From contig OZ037845.1 in the NCBI GenBank assembly GCA_964035575.1, positions 1,612,001 through 1,676,000 on the forward strand: a DNA stretch of 64,000 nt. The letters are read 5' to 3'. The stretch comes from Rhynchopus sp. YZ270_cl-10 (Eukaryota). The stretch's first letter is position 1. Each line of letters starts with the position of its first letter. A program made the position numbers and the translations under genes. Shown here piece by piece: positions 32,188 to 45,200 of the stretch. The notes beneath the pieces were generated by a model. That model saw only the letters and a list, made by a program, of their open reading frames with translations, was not told where the DNA came from and did no database searches.

Positions 32188-35100
32188 ATCAAACAGTTTT
32201 TCGCCATATTTGAATTTGTTTTTTTGTCCCATCTTATCTTCTACTCTAACTTATAGGGCGCTTGTCCCCCCGAGCTCGGGGGGGTATATTCTCCAGAAAA
32301 AAAAAAAATAAACGAAAAAAAAAGGCTGAATTTGAGAGATCAGATCATTCGTGAATTGATACTCACTTTTCGCTCTTTTTTTTTGGAATGATGTGTTTTC
32401 CTGATGCTTATTTATCACAAAAAAAAAAAATACTGTGGGGGGTACATACCAGATTAAATCCCGCATGATGAATAAAAGAACGGAAAAGAGTTAGGGAAGG
32501 TGGTTTCCACCAGTGGGAACTACATCATTTCTAACAATTTATTTCAAAAAAAGGAAAAAGAAAAAATGGCGAATTTTCGCTGAGGGGGAAATAAATGAAA
32601 TATTGCACACAAACAAAGTGTCTGCTTTATTTTGCTATCATGTTTTGTTTTTATTTTTTGTTTTTACTATCAACTTCACTTTCTCTCTTATTTTGGCAAA
32701 CGGGGGAACACAAACGCGAACCCGTAAAAAAATTTTATTGCATTGATGACCTTTTTTTGGGGGTCATACCAAGGTACACTGTCACAAGAGGGCTTTGTGT
32801 TTCAAGTCTTATGTACCTGTATACAATCTCTCTCGTGGTACCCGTATTATGTCAATGAAGTGCTCTCTGGGGTTCGATACCCCGCAGAGAATCAGTGCAT
32901 GCGTCCGTCGATGAACGGTACGTCGTTTTTGCGCTTTCAACTTCTCTCGAAACCTATTTTTTTCTTGTTTTTTGCACCTCCACCCCGAAAAAACAACAAA
33001 AAAAAAAAACTCGAAGTCGGACTGAATGCGAGCCCCGAGAGGCCCGTTCGACCCTTTAATGTGAAAAAGAAAACCGAGGCAGGAGCTTTTAAGTTTTTCT
33101 TATGCATTTCTCCTCATTTTCAAGGTGACTACGCAATTGTTATGATGAGGCTTAAGTTCATCTTATAAACTTTTCTTTCTTTATTTTTGACCATTTTTAT
33201 AACCATGTCTGTTGACAAGGCGTCATCATTCGACACTATCTCCCGCAAGCTAACTTTACCATTTCTAAAAAAAAATGCCCATTCCCCTCCCCTTTCCCCC
33301 AAAAAAAAAAATCAGAGTTATTTTTTGGTTATCCCATGTCAAGGTCACGAAAGTTGAAAGCAGCTGAACACTGATTTATCAAAAAAGAAAAAAATGTGAA
33401 AAATCACAAAAAATGGCTGCATCAATCTTTCAACAAAAGGGGGCTGCAGGGTATTTGTGCTTTCATCCAGATAGCTGGCATCGTACGTGGGTCAGTCGGA
33501 GGTGCCTGCACCAACTACCATTTCATTTCAATCTTCCCACCTATCCCCCCTAACACAATTATACTAGAGTTTTGTTATGTACTTTATGTAATGTCTAAAA
33601 AAATACAGTAGCGACTGTCCATGTGACAGCTTACACTAATACAGCAAATTATTTTGTTTGTGCGTAAAGTGTGTAATAAATATTCTGTGGTGATTATTAT
33701 TACTGCAATACGCTCCCACTGACTACCTGGGCCGTGAAGAGGAAACTTCTTTGAGGCCAAAAAAGGGTGCACAGACCATCTGCGTGATAGCTGGCCATTT
33801 TAAGATTATTCAATAAGAGGTGGTCATCTTTTCAATGATTTCTGGTCTCCTGAATTGAAAATTATTTGAAATTTAGCAAAAAAAAAAAAAAAAAAAAAAA
33901 GGAAAAAAAAAAAACACATGGCATAATTGCAGAGCTCGCGCTAAAGTCCATCCCTCATCCCGGGATTTTTGGGGGTTTTGGTAGGAACGTTTTTTTTTTG
34001 CAGTACGGGGATTTCATTAAGAAACCAGAAGTTCTAATATTGTTGAGTAAGACCACCACATAGTGGGCTTGCATATACATGTGACCCCGCCGTGGAACGC
34101 AATTGGCTCGGAAAGTCAAAAGAAAGAGGAGAAAAAAGAAAAGGAAAAAAAAAAAAAAAAAAGTTGGTTACCGTGCGCCTGCGGCGCTGCCTGTTCCCTT
34201 CCAGTTTCTACAGGCAAACACTTGCCCCCTTTACCTTACACTGACGGGTTTTGACCAAAACCAAGAACTTGTCCATTTCGGCAAATTGACCCCACCACAG
34301 AACGGACGAATTCCGGAAATGCAAATGCCGGTGTTTTCGCGCATTTTCATGTTGCAAGACGTCAGGATCAGGGAGAGAAAATCTGGTTGTGGGATTTACA
34401 TTGGCCCTCTTTACCCACATGGATTTTGACCAAAACCAAAAAAATGGCCATTTCGGCAAAGTGACCCCACCACAGCGCGGACGGATTCCGGAAATTCCAA
34501 TCGCGGTATGTTTTGGGGCTGAAAACCCACTGATTTTCAGGAGAAAAATTGCTTCCAAATCTCGGAATTTTCCGAATTTTCCTGAAAATGACCCTTGTTT
34601 ACGAGTATGGGTTCATATTTTGCGAAAATTTAAGTCACTAAAATTTTGTCCATTTTTCCGTATATACCCCACCACAAGCCGGGATTGGCCCGGAAATGCC
34701 ACAAAACGGGGTTTCCGGGCCTCCCCAGCTAACCTTTTCAAGGAACGTTTTTCCGTACCCGAAATCCATTTTTTCCCCATTTTTCCCCATAATTAGCGCG
34801 ACCACTGCATAATTGGTACAAACAAAACAAACCAAAGCAAACCAATATCCCCTGATACAGCATCTCAAAGCAATGTCTTTTTATTTGGTTTATTATGGCC
34901 CTCGGGATACCCAAAAACCGACCTTCAGGGGCAGGGCGTGTCTAGCTGCGGTCTTCATCGATCCCAGAGCCAAGACATCCACCGATAAGTGCAGTTTGTT
35001 GTCGCCTGCAGTAGACAGCGCTACAGTACTATTTTCTTGTAAAAAAAAAACAAAAAACAAAAATGGCTGGGGATATGAAGAGGCCACGTGGCTTGCCGAG

Positions 35101-36739
35101 CGGTTGTGAACCGCCTCCGTTCTCTTACGGTACGGACCACTCACTTTTCTTCCCTTTTGCCTAAGCTCGACTGAGATGTGTTTTAGCACATCTCAACTCC
35201 TTTAGTTCTGATGTAATCATTCAATTCTTTGGATAGCAGCCTTTTGTGGCATGATGCTGTCTTTGTAGGATTGTTTGATTGTCATTACGCGGGGATAGGG
35301 AGAGATGGAGAAGGTAAAAAGAGAAATGATACAGTCAGTCGTCTTCAAAACTGCAAAGAAAAAGAAGAAAAAAAGTAAAAAAAATAATGGGGGAAAAAAT
35401 ACCAATACCAATCGTGTATCCCTCCACTGTCCTCAAAAATCTGTTTTTAGTTCTGGTTTTTTCCCCTCAACTTTTAGTGAATCTCCTTTTTTACACCCCC
35501 CTTTTTTTTTAATCCCCCTTTTGATGCATTCGTCCTGCGTTTGCATATTTTAGTGTTTTTTTGTTTTGTTTTGTTTCAGCAAATAAAGAATGTTCTCTGC
35601 TCCTTCCTGTTCCCAGCGCCCCTCTTTTAGTTTCGAATCAGCTCTGCAATAACAGAGGGCCTTTTTTTTTAGATGATGGCAGATGAACATGCGCGTAAGG
35701 TATATTCATCTTCCAAGGTCCAAGGCTTGGTACACATTTAACGCCCGATGTAGGTTTTTATTTCCCCCTAAAAAAAATAGTTGTACTTAGCGTGACATCT
35801 GATTTGTACCCTCAGTTTGTTGATGTTTACCGGTGTTTGCCGGCCGGTCATGGCAAACACCGGGAAAAACTCAGGGTCCAAATTAGGTGATAATCTGATG
35901 AAGCTGGAGGAGAAAAGATTTTTTTAAAACTCCAGCGTATTCCGGCGAGATAACGATAGTGATACATGATGTATGTGTGCACGAGAGGCACGATTCATCT
36001 TACAAGCAAGTTTCCCTTTTTGCTTTTTTTTTGTTTTTCCTTTGTGTGCCATTAGACGACGAACCTTTGCAAAAATTTCTCGCCGTTTTTTTTTCTTCTT
36101 CTCGCACGAAACTCCCCCCATTTTTAGATTGACCAAACAAAACACTCACTGCTTAGGTTCATCTTATCAACATTTTCTCCCCCCCACTTATTGATTTTGT
36201 GCACGGCAATGCACACATTTTTTTTTCATTTTTACTTTTTCAATTTCCCTCTTTTTCCTTTTCAAATTCTCTTCAACCTTCAAAAAATTGTGCTTCACTC
36301 TATAGCACAGAGGGTTTTTCCCCCTCTCAACTGTTTTTTTCCTTTTTTTCTTTTTTTGTTTTCGTTTCTTTCAACGAAGACAGGCAAATAAACAAACAAA
36401 TAACAAGGACATTTGACAGTGGCTGAGAAAGAGGATAAGTCGTAATCTCATACAAAGTAACGCGCCCTTCCTCTCCAACTCCACGTCTACAAAACTATCA
36501 AGCAAAATTAAACAGAGCACAAAAGCACTTTCAAAACATACAAAAAACATTTTCAAACCCCCCTATCAACTGTTGGTTGTTTTCCCCACAAACCAAAGAT
36601 TTCTCCCGACGTTTTCCCTATAGGTACCTCATGAGTTTTCCCTCATGTTCAAAGCCTTTCATCCCCCACCCACGAAACAAACCCCATTATATGCAAAAAC
36701 CCTCTTGTGAACCACTGGCTGGGGTGGTTGTTTACGACT

Positions 36740-36875
36740 AATAGTGGCAGTATTGTGATGGGAGCCCATTGGAATACGCAAAATACATCAAAATGCATCA
36801 CAATACACGTATTGTGATGCATTTTTATGTATTTTGCGTATTCCAATGGGCTCCCATCACAATACTGCCACCATT
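36740..36875. mobile_element. Near-perfect ~135-bp fold-back element, ~9-bp TSD (MULE-like)
   Basis: gtggcagtattgtgatgggagcccattgg...ccaatgggctcccatcacaatactgccac, with gtttacgac on both flanks. Confidence 0.7.
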
Positions 36876-37086
36876 GTTTACGACCCCCTCTTTATCATAA
36901 CGTGCCCTTTCCTCTCACGACTTCACGTCAACACCGCTAATCAAAAAAATTAACAGAGCACAAAGCACAAAGCACTTTCACAACAAACACCATTTTTTTA
37001 AAACCCCTTATCATGTTGGCGCCTAATAGGGTACTGTGTTTTTAACCCCACCGGCATTTTTTTTTTTTTTTTTTTTGTGGCTTACT

Positions 37087-37720
37087 CAGGGTATTAGGGT
37101 GAAAATCCAAAATTCCGGAAAAAACTGGTTTTTCTGGTTTTCTCTCCTGGGTGGCGAAAACTAGTGTTTCCGGCGAAAACATCCACCGTTGACGGACACA
37201 GTCACCTTTTTCGGGTTTTTCGGGGGTGGGGTCAGTGTCTTATCCAGGAATCCAGATTCGAAATATTTTTCGGCGCTGCTGACCCAGGGTAGACATTGGG
37301 AACATAGGGACTGTATTTTTTTGCGGGGCAAACAAATAATATAAAATGGCGCCGCAGGCGAAAATTTTTGAGGGTACGGTGTAAAAATCTAGCTTTTTAC
37401 ACCACAGAGCCACTCAAACGAACCCTTTTTTGCGGAGCAAAAAATGAAAAATGGCGCCGCAGGCAAAAAAAAAATCAAGGAACAGCCATTTCCCAAAGGC
37501 ACTCCCGTGGTTCAACCACGGTTCTACCAGGCGGGGAAAAAATGCGGGGGAAAAAATCGAGTCCGCCCTAATCTGGGGACGACATTTACAGAAAGTCCTG
37601 GTGAAAAGTGTCGGTTTTTTTTTCCCCTCCAGATTTCTCTGTTTTTTTTTTTTTTTTGAAAACCAGTTTTTGGAAAAACTGGTTTTCAAAACCAGTTTTT
37701 TTAACCACCCTAATACCCTG
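37087..37720. mobile_element. Non-autonomous hAT element, 8-bp TSD
   Basis: TIRs cagggtattagggtg / caccctaataccctg. TSD ggcttact at 37079-37086 and 37721-37728. Confidence 0.88.
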
Positions 37721-40700
37721 GGCTTACTGTTTGTGTTATAAATAGTAAGTATATGAATGTATTTTTTTGTGCTTTCATCGGGGCTGGCATCGTACGTGGG
37801 TCAGTCGGAGGTGTTTGCATCAAAAACTACAGTATTTTTTTTTTCCTCTTTTTTTTTCGGTTTGCAGAAATGGGTAGTGTTTTTTTTTTCTTCTTCTTCC
37901 CATTTCTGCAATACAAAGCTACCCCTTTCCGCAGTTAACCCCAATACAAATATTACTCCGAACAAGCAATACCTTATATGTCCCCCTCCCCCGCCCCTAG
38001 CGGGTCGACTGTATTGTGATAGTGGCCCATCACAATACATAATGCACATCGTCACATCGTCACATCACATCAACTGTGTTGTGACGTGTATCATGTATTG
38101 CGATGGGCAATTATCATACAGTTCACCCCCTTTCCATGCGATACACGAAGAGAATGGAAAAAAAAAAAAAAATAATTTGATGCTCGTTTCAGACAACAAC
38201 TTTTAGCAGAACTGTACTGTTGCGAGGTTTCGTCCCTCCCCATACCTTTTTCCCTCTCAGGGTGAGTTGCCATTTTTTGAGGCTCATAATCACCATTAAA
38301 CAACTTTATATTTCAAAGGTGGCATTCGCATAATAGCTCATCTTATCAATCTTTTGTATTTTTGTTTTTTTGTTTTTTTTTTAAATGCGCCCGCACCTTA
38401 AAAAGGTGTGGGCTGTCAAAAACTTCACCCCATCTTTTTTTTTTTTTCCTGTGGATTTGCTCTTTTTTTGTCTCATACAAATGCCCCCTGTACCTCAGGG
38501 GAGGTGTCTTGTGTGTTTCAAAGAAATATTCATTTTTTCCCTTTCTTCTGAATTTGAAAATAACTCATGGTTTGTCCATATACGATGATCCAGAAAAGAC
38601 AGTGGACAGCTTGTACAGGTTGCAACTACACTATTTCAACAATTCTGTTTTAAAAAAAAAAAAATTATGGAACTTATGGACAGTGGAGATTGCACAACTG
38701 TGCGCAACACAACCGAGGCAACTACACTACTCCAACAATTTATCAAAAAAAAAAAATTAAAAACAACGGGAAAAAAAAACTAAGGTGGCTTCTTTGAGAT
38801 TCCCCACCCCTGCGTTGTGTTAGAGGCGTCTGTGCTCATTGCCTTGTTAGTTTCTGCTTAAATAAAGAGCTCACCACAACACACCCGGGGCCCCAACCAA
38901 CCCTCACTGACTGTCAGTCCCCACCCTGCTTTCCTCATACTCCCACTCTGTTCTTCTGGAAGAAGAAAAATATAGTGGAGCGCACTAGGGTGGCTACACT
39001 GATACAAGTTTTCAAGAAAAGAAATAGTGGAGCGCATCCTGTGTCTACACTAATACAATGATTGATGACAACCAACAACGACAAGAAAAAAGTGTAAACA
39101 CTCTCCTATCAGTGTACACTAACACAGTACGTGGCAAAGTGTCGAAAAAAAATATTTGATATTTACCCAAGTTCTGTTATCCCAGCTGTAGCAAAATGGG
39201 TAAATGTGTTGCATATTTTGCACGTTTTCATTTGCATATTGCGAGGCAGGCCAGATTATTTAGGAAAAGGGAGATAAAAAGGGGGGGAAACCTGCAGTAC
39301 CCTCAAAAGTCTGAAATTGAAGTTGAAATTAAAATTAACCAAAAAAGAAAGCGAAATAATGTTGTAGCGCGAGCACACTCGCCTTTGTCCACACTGCAAT
39401 GCGCCAAATGTTTTTCAATGTTTCAACATTCAAACAAAATGTGGTCATTGTACGACGTGGCAACACAAAGAGAACAATTTTTCAACAATAAAAACCCCCC
39501 CTTTTTTTGTGCGTCAATCGAAACTGGTTTTTATTTGTTTTGTTTTGTTTTGTTTGTTGTTTTTAGGTGACTCCGACGTCAGGTGACTAAACGTTCTTCG
39601 GTTCATCTTACATTTTTTTTTTTAAAAATTGCATCAGGGAGTCCTTTTGTGGCACTTGCTCCTGAAACTCTATGAAGGTCTACCTGAGGGTGAAAGGTGC
39701 TGGGACGGGCTTCCACACACAGTGATAAGGCCGTAGTGGGAAAATGGTTAAGTGTCTCCGTAATGACAAAGCCACTCCCAAAAGGAGAGAAACGGTACCA
39801 CAGGTATCATGGATATCTGACTTTCCTCGTGGAGCTACCACAGCACTAAGAAGCAAGGAAAGTCCCCAACTACAAAGCAGTGGCAGGTCTCCTGTCTATA
39901 ACTCAACATTTTTTGTTTTGTTTTTTTTTTGTATCCTTTTGTGTGCTTTCTCTCATGGAAAGTATATGAAATCGATTTATTTATTTTTTGCTCCACCAGT
40001 ACTCGACAGCACACAGCACACCCACTGTTGGCACCGCCATCCATTCTCTTCATAAAATGTGGCATGTACAGGTGACCCTCTTGATGACAGCATTTTTCAT
40101 TAGCTTTTCCCTAAAACGCTGTTTTTGAAGGGTTTGCTTTTTGCCTATACTACCGACGATTGAAACGGGTGGGGTCCCTTAGTGACTTTTTTTTTTTCCT
40201 TCATTCCTTTATTCCATGATTTCTGTTCTCTTTGAATAGAAAGATTGAAATTTTTATGATTACGTTCCCTTTCCCCCCCGTGTTTTCTTTCACCCCGTAT
40301 TGCACAGACCATATTTTTTACACCCTCGTTTCGTGTGGTTCCCGTTAAAATGACGTTTTTTTTCCCCCCCACTTCCACTCGATTCGTGATAACATTTTCC
40401 ACACAGCTTTTTTGGGCGAAAAATTAGCCCTTTTTTAAAAGCATTGCCAGGTCTCACCTAATTTTGACCCACATTTGCCGGTGTTTACCGTTAAATGGCT
40501 GGCAAACACCGGCAAATGGGTCGAAATCAGGTGGTCTTCTGTCCACTACGTAACTCAAACAAAAAAAAAATTCATCCAGGGGCTGGTCGTCGTAGGTCAG
40601 TCGAAGGTGTTTGTATCAACTACCCTGTTATTGTGCACGCCTTCTGACGTGGCAGTGGGGCTACGTAGTGTACTCAAGATAGCTACGCATTCAAAAAAAA

Positions 40701-42241
40701 AATGGTTTTCGTTTTATTCTGAATGATTAAAATTAATCTGCGAACGTCGAGCTGAAAGAACGCAAAGAAGAGCGGGGCGGTTGGGTAATAACAATACCAC
40801 TGCAAAAAGCCCCCACTTTCCACACACAAAAAAAAAGGAGCTGATTGCAAAGGGGTTCCGTCAATAATACCCCCTCCTCTTTAGTCTTGTCTTCTTTTTA
40901 GTCGATTTTTTTTTTTTGTCTGTTGAGTGTTTTTAGGCGAGTCGCAGGCAAACAGAAACTCACATAGGTAACAACCCTGTTTTTTTTATAGCGAACTTTT
41001 TACCACAACATTTTTTTTTCTCTTCAACTTCAACCTGTTCTTCATGACGGCCTTGTTACCAGTGTAACAAGGTCACCGTCTATTTCCCCTTCCCCTCTCC
41101 CGAACGACTTCTCTTTTTCTTCTGCTCGTTTGCAAAGAGATGTAAAGGTTCTGATGGAGATTTTGCTATCATTTGGACATTTTAGTCGCACACTATTTCA
41201 ATCATTCGATCCGAAAGAGCCCCGATATTTCGGTTTGTATTATTTCCTTACAACTGTAAGCGTACCGCTTCTGTTGTATACAAACAAAAAACAAAAAAAA
41301 CGATTAAAAAAACGAAAAATGCGTCTTTTGTTATATCGACAAAAAAAACGCATATCCCCTTTAAGGTGACTATGCAAAGCATAGTTTCATCTTCCCAACT
41401 TTTTCCCCTTTAGTTGCTGTTTTAGTTTATCTTTTTTGAGTACCATTTTGGTAACACCAAAACACTGCCTCCTTCCCCCCCCCCCCCCCAGAAGTTGTAT
41501 TTTTTTTATTGTGATTCACACCTTTCCCAAAGCCTTTTCCTTGCTTTTGCTTTTGTTGCTGAGGTTCCTGAGCATGAAGCTGTGCCTCATTTATGCCAAC
41601 AAAAGGTATCATTCTGTTTCGAAGTGCAGGCATTGTGCCTCATGAGATCTCCCCTCTTCTTTCGAAACAGTCCACTACCCCACACCCCGCCCACGGCCTC
41701 AGATGCTAGCGTTGTTGATACTTTTGCCGCTCATTATTTGTCTTTACGGAATCTGTGCTTGCAGCCTCAAAGGCACTTGCACTTACAACTTCCAGTTTCT
41801 TTCTGACCGCACCCCCACCCCATATCCCCACAAATTCCTCTATATTCTTTTGTTCAGCTGCATGAAATAACAGCGGGTACAAAACATAACAATAACATTG
41901 TGTCAGATGAGGGTCCTAATGTGTCTCATCTCTGTCACACTCATGGATGAGGTGTGCCCTCTGTGCGTATCCTAGCCCGTTTCTAAGATGTGCAGGCAGA
42001 GGCATGTTCATCTTACAAGTGTTTTTCTTTTTTTTTTTTGGTGGGTGACAATTGAGTCGTCAGAGTACAGGTGGGTGATTGTTGCTGCAACAAAAGAGCT
42101 TCCCCGTACTCAGATGCAAACATAACAAAGAAAAGTGAATAATTAAAAAAAAAAAGCCCTCCCGCATCCCCGTTGGTGTCCACCACAGCCCTATTCTGCA
42201 TACCCCCTCCATCACACCCTCCAGATACTTCAGCGCCAACA

Positions 42242-45200
42242 ATGAACCCTCTCCGTGCTCTCACGCTCCTCACTGTGTATGCGGTGAGCGCCACCAGTCT
42301 TGTAATCCCTACGTACTGCTCGGTCCAGGGACCGCTCTGTGACTTGGAACTGACCGAGTGCAAGCAGGGATACACCTGCACGAAGGACCCCACATGCGCC
42401 CCTGGTGACAAGTGTGAGGCGTGCTGTGTGCTTGACACCCCTGTGCCTGCTCCCACTTTCTGCACCAACCAGGGACCTACCTGTGGACACGGACTCCCCG
42501 ACTGCAAGCTCGGCTACACCTGCACTGTTGACCCCAACTGCCGTGACCTTGAGTGCGAGAGGTGCTGTGTCCTCGACACCCCTGTGCCTGCTCCCACTTT
42601 CTGCACCAACCAGGGACCCACCTGTGGACACGGACTCCCCGACTGCAAGCTCGGATACACCTGCACTGTTGACCCCAACTGCCGCGACCTTGAGTGCGAG
42701 AGATGCTGTGTGCTTGACACCCCTGTGCCTGCTCCCACTTTCTGCACCAACCAGGGACCTACCTGTGGACACGGACTCCCCGACTGCAAGCTCGGCTACA
42801 CCTGCACTGTTGACCCCAACTGCCGCGACCTTGAGTGCGAGAGATGCTGTGTGCTTGACACCCCTGTGCCTGCTCCCACTTTCTGCACCAACCAGGGACC
42901 CACCTGTGGACACGGACTCCCCGACTGCAAGCTCGGCTACACCTGCACTGTTGACCCCAACTGCCGTGACCTTGAGTGCGAGAGGTGCTGTGTCCTCGAC
43001 ACCCCTGTGCCTGCTCCCACTTTCTGCACCAACCAGGGACCCACCTGTGGACACGGACTCCCCGACTGCAAGCTCGGTTACACCTGCACTGTTGACCCCA
43101 ACTGCCGCGACCTTGAGTGCGAGAGGTGCTGTGTGCTTGACACCCCTGTGCCTGCTCCCACTTTCTGCACCAACCAGGGACCCACCTGTGGACACGGACT
43201 CCCCGACTGCAAGCTCGGATACACCTGCACTGTTGACCCCAACTGCCGCGACCTTGAGTGCGAGAGATGCTGTGTGCTTGACACCCCTGTGCCTGCTCCC
43301 ACTTTCTGCACCAACCAGGGACCTACCTGTGGACACGGACTCCCCGACTGCAAGCTCGGCTACACCTGCACTGTTGACCCCAACTGCCGTGACCTTGAGT
43401 GCGAGAGATGCTGTGTGCTTGACACCCCTGTGCCTGCTCCCACTTTCTGCACCAACCAGGGACCCACCTGTGGACACGGACTCCCCGACTGCAAGCTCGG
43501 CTACACCTGCACTGTTGACCCCAACTGCCGTGACCTTGAGTGCGAGAGATGCTGTGTGCTTGACACCCCTGTGCCTGCTCCCACTTTCTGCACCAACCAG
43601 GGACCCACCTGTGGACACGGACTCCCCGACTGCAAGCTCGGCTACACCTGCACTGTTGACCCCAACTGCCGCGACCTTGAGTGCGAGAGGTGCTGTGTGC
43701 TTGACACCCCTGTGCCTGCTCCCACTTTCTGCACCAACCAGGGACCTACCTGTGGACACGGACTCCCCGACTGCAAGCTCGGCTACACCTGCACTGTTGA
43801 CCCCAACTGCCGTGACCTTGAGTGCGAGAGGTGCTGTGTGCTTGACACCCCTGTGCCTGCTCCCACTTTCTGCACCAACCAGGGACCTACCTGTGGACAC
43901 GGACTCCCCGACTGCAAGCTCGGCTACACCTGCACTGTTGACCCCAACTGCCGTGACCTTGAGTGCGAGAGGTGCTGTGTCCTCGACACCCCTGTGCCTG
44001 CTCCCACTTTCTGCACCAACCAGGGACCCACCTGTGGACACGGACTCCCCGACTGCAAGCTCGGCTACACCTGCACTGTTGACCCCAACTGCCGTGACCT
44101 TGAGTGCGAGAGATGCTGTGTGCTTGACACCCCTGTGCCTGCTCCCACTTTCTGCACCAACCAGGGACCTACCTGTGGACACGGACTCCCCGACTGCAAG
44201 CTCGGATACACCTGCACTGTTGACCCCAACTGCCGCGACCTTGAGTGCGAGAGATGCTGTGTGCTTGACACCCCTGTGCCTGCTCCCACTTTCTGCACCA
44301 ACCAGGGACCCACCTGTGGACACGGACTCCCCGACTGCAAGCTCGGCTACACCTGCACTGTTGACCCCAACTGCCGCGACCTTGAGTGCGAGAGATGCTG
44401 TGTGCTTGACACCCCTGTGCCTGCTCCCACTTTCTGCACCAACCAGGGACCCACCTGTGGACACGGACTCCCCGACTGCAAGCTCGGCTACACCTGCACT
44501 GTTGACCCCAACTGCCGTGACCTTGAGTGCGAGAGGTGCTGTGTCCTCGACACCCCTGTGCCTGCTCCCACTTTCTGCACCAACCAGGGACCCACCTGTG
44601 GACACGGACTCCCCGACTGCAAGCTCGGCTACACCTGCACTGTTGACCCCAACTGCCGTGACCTTGAGTGCGAGAGATGCTGTGTGCTTGACACCCCTGT
44701 GCCTGCTCCCACTTTCTGCACCAACCAGGGACCTACCTGTGGACACGGACTCCCCGACTGCAAGCTCGGCTACACCTGCACTGTTGACCCCAACTGCCGC
44801 GACCTTGAGTGCGAGAGGTGCTGTGTGCTTGACACCCCTGTGCCTGCTCCCACTTTCTGCACCAACCAGGGACCTACCTGTGGACACGGACTCCCCGACT
44901 GCAAGCTCGGTTACACCTGCACTGTTGACCCCAACTGCCGCGACCTTGAGTGCGAGAGGTGCTGTGTGCTTGACACCCCTGTGCCTGCTCCCACTTTCTG
45001 CACCAACCAGGGACCTACCTGTGGACACGGACTCCCCGACTGCAAGCTCGGCTACACCTGCACTGTTGACCCCAACTGCCGCGACCTTGAGTGCGAGAGG
45101 TGCTGTGTGCTTGACACCCCTGTGCCTGCTCCCACCTTCTGTTCCGCTCAGGGACCTACCTGCGACGTGGAACTGACCGAGTGCAAGCAGGGCTACACCT

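Noticed and set aside
32866..32890. tRNA gene
   Set aside because: Only a T-arm-like hairpin is present, with no acceptor, D or anticodon arms.
36452..37020. ~130-bp diverged direct repeat (36452-36580 vs 36898-37020) as LTRs
   Set aside because: No TG...CA ends, TSD or internal coding sequence. Probably an old local duplication.
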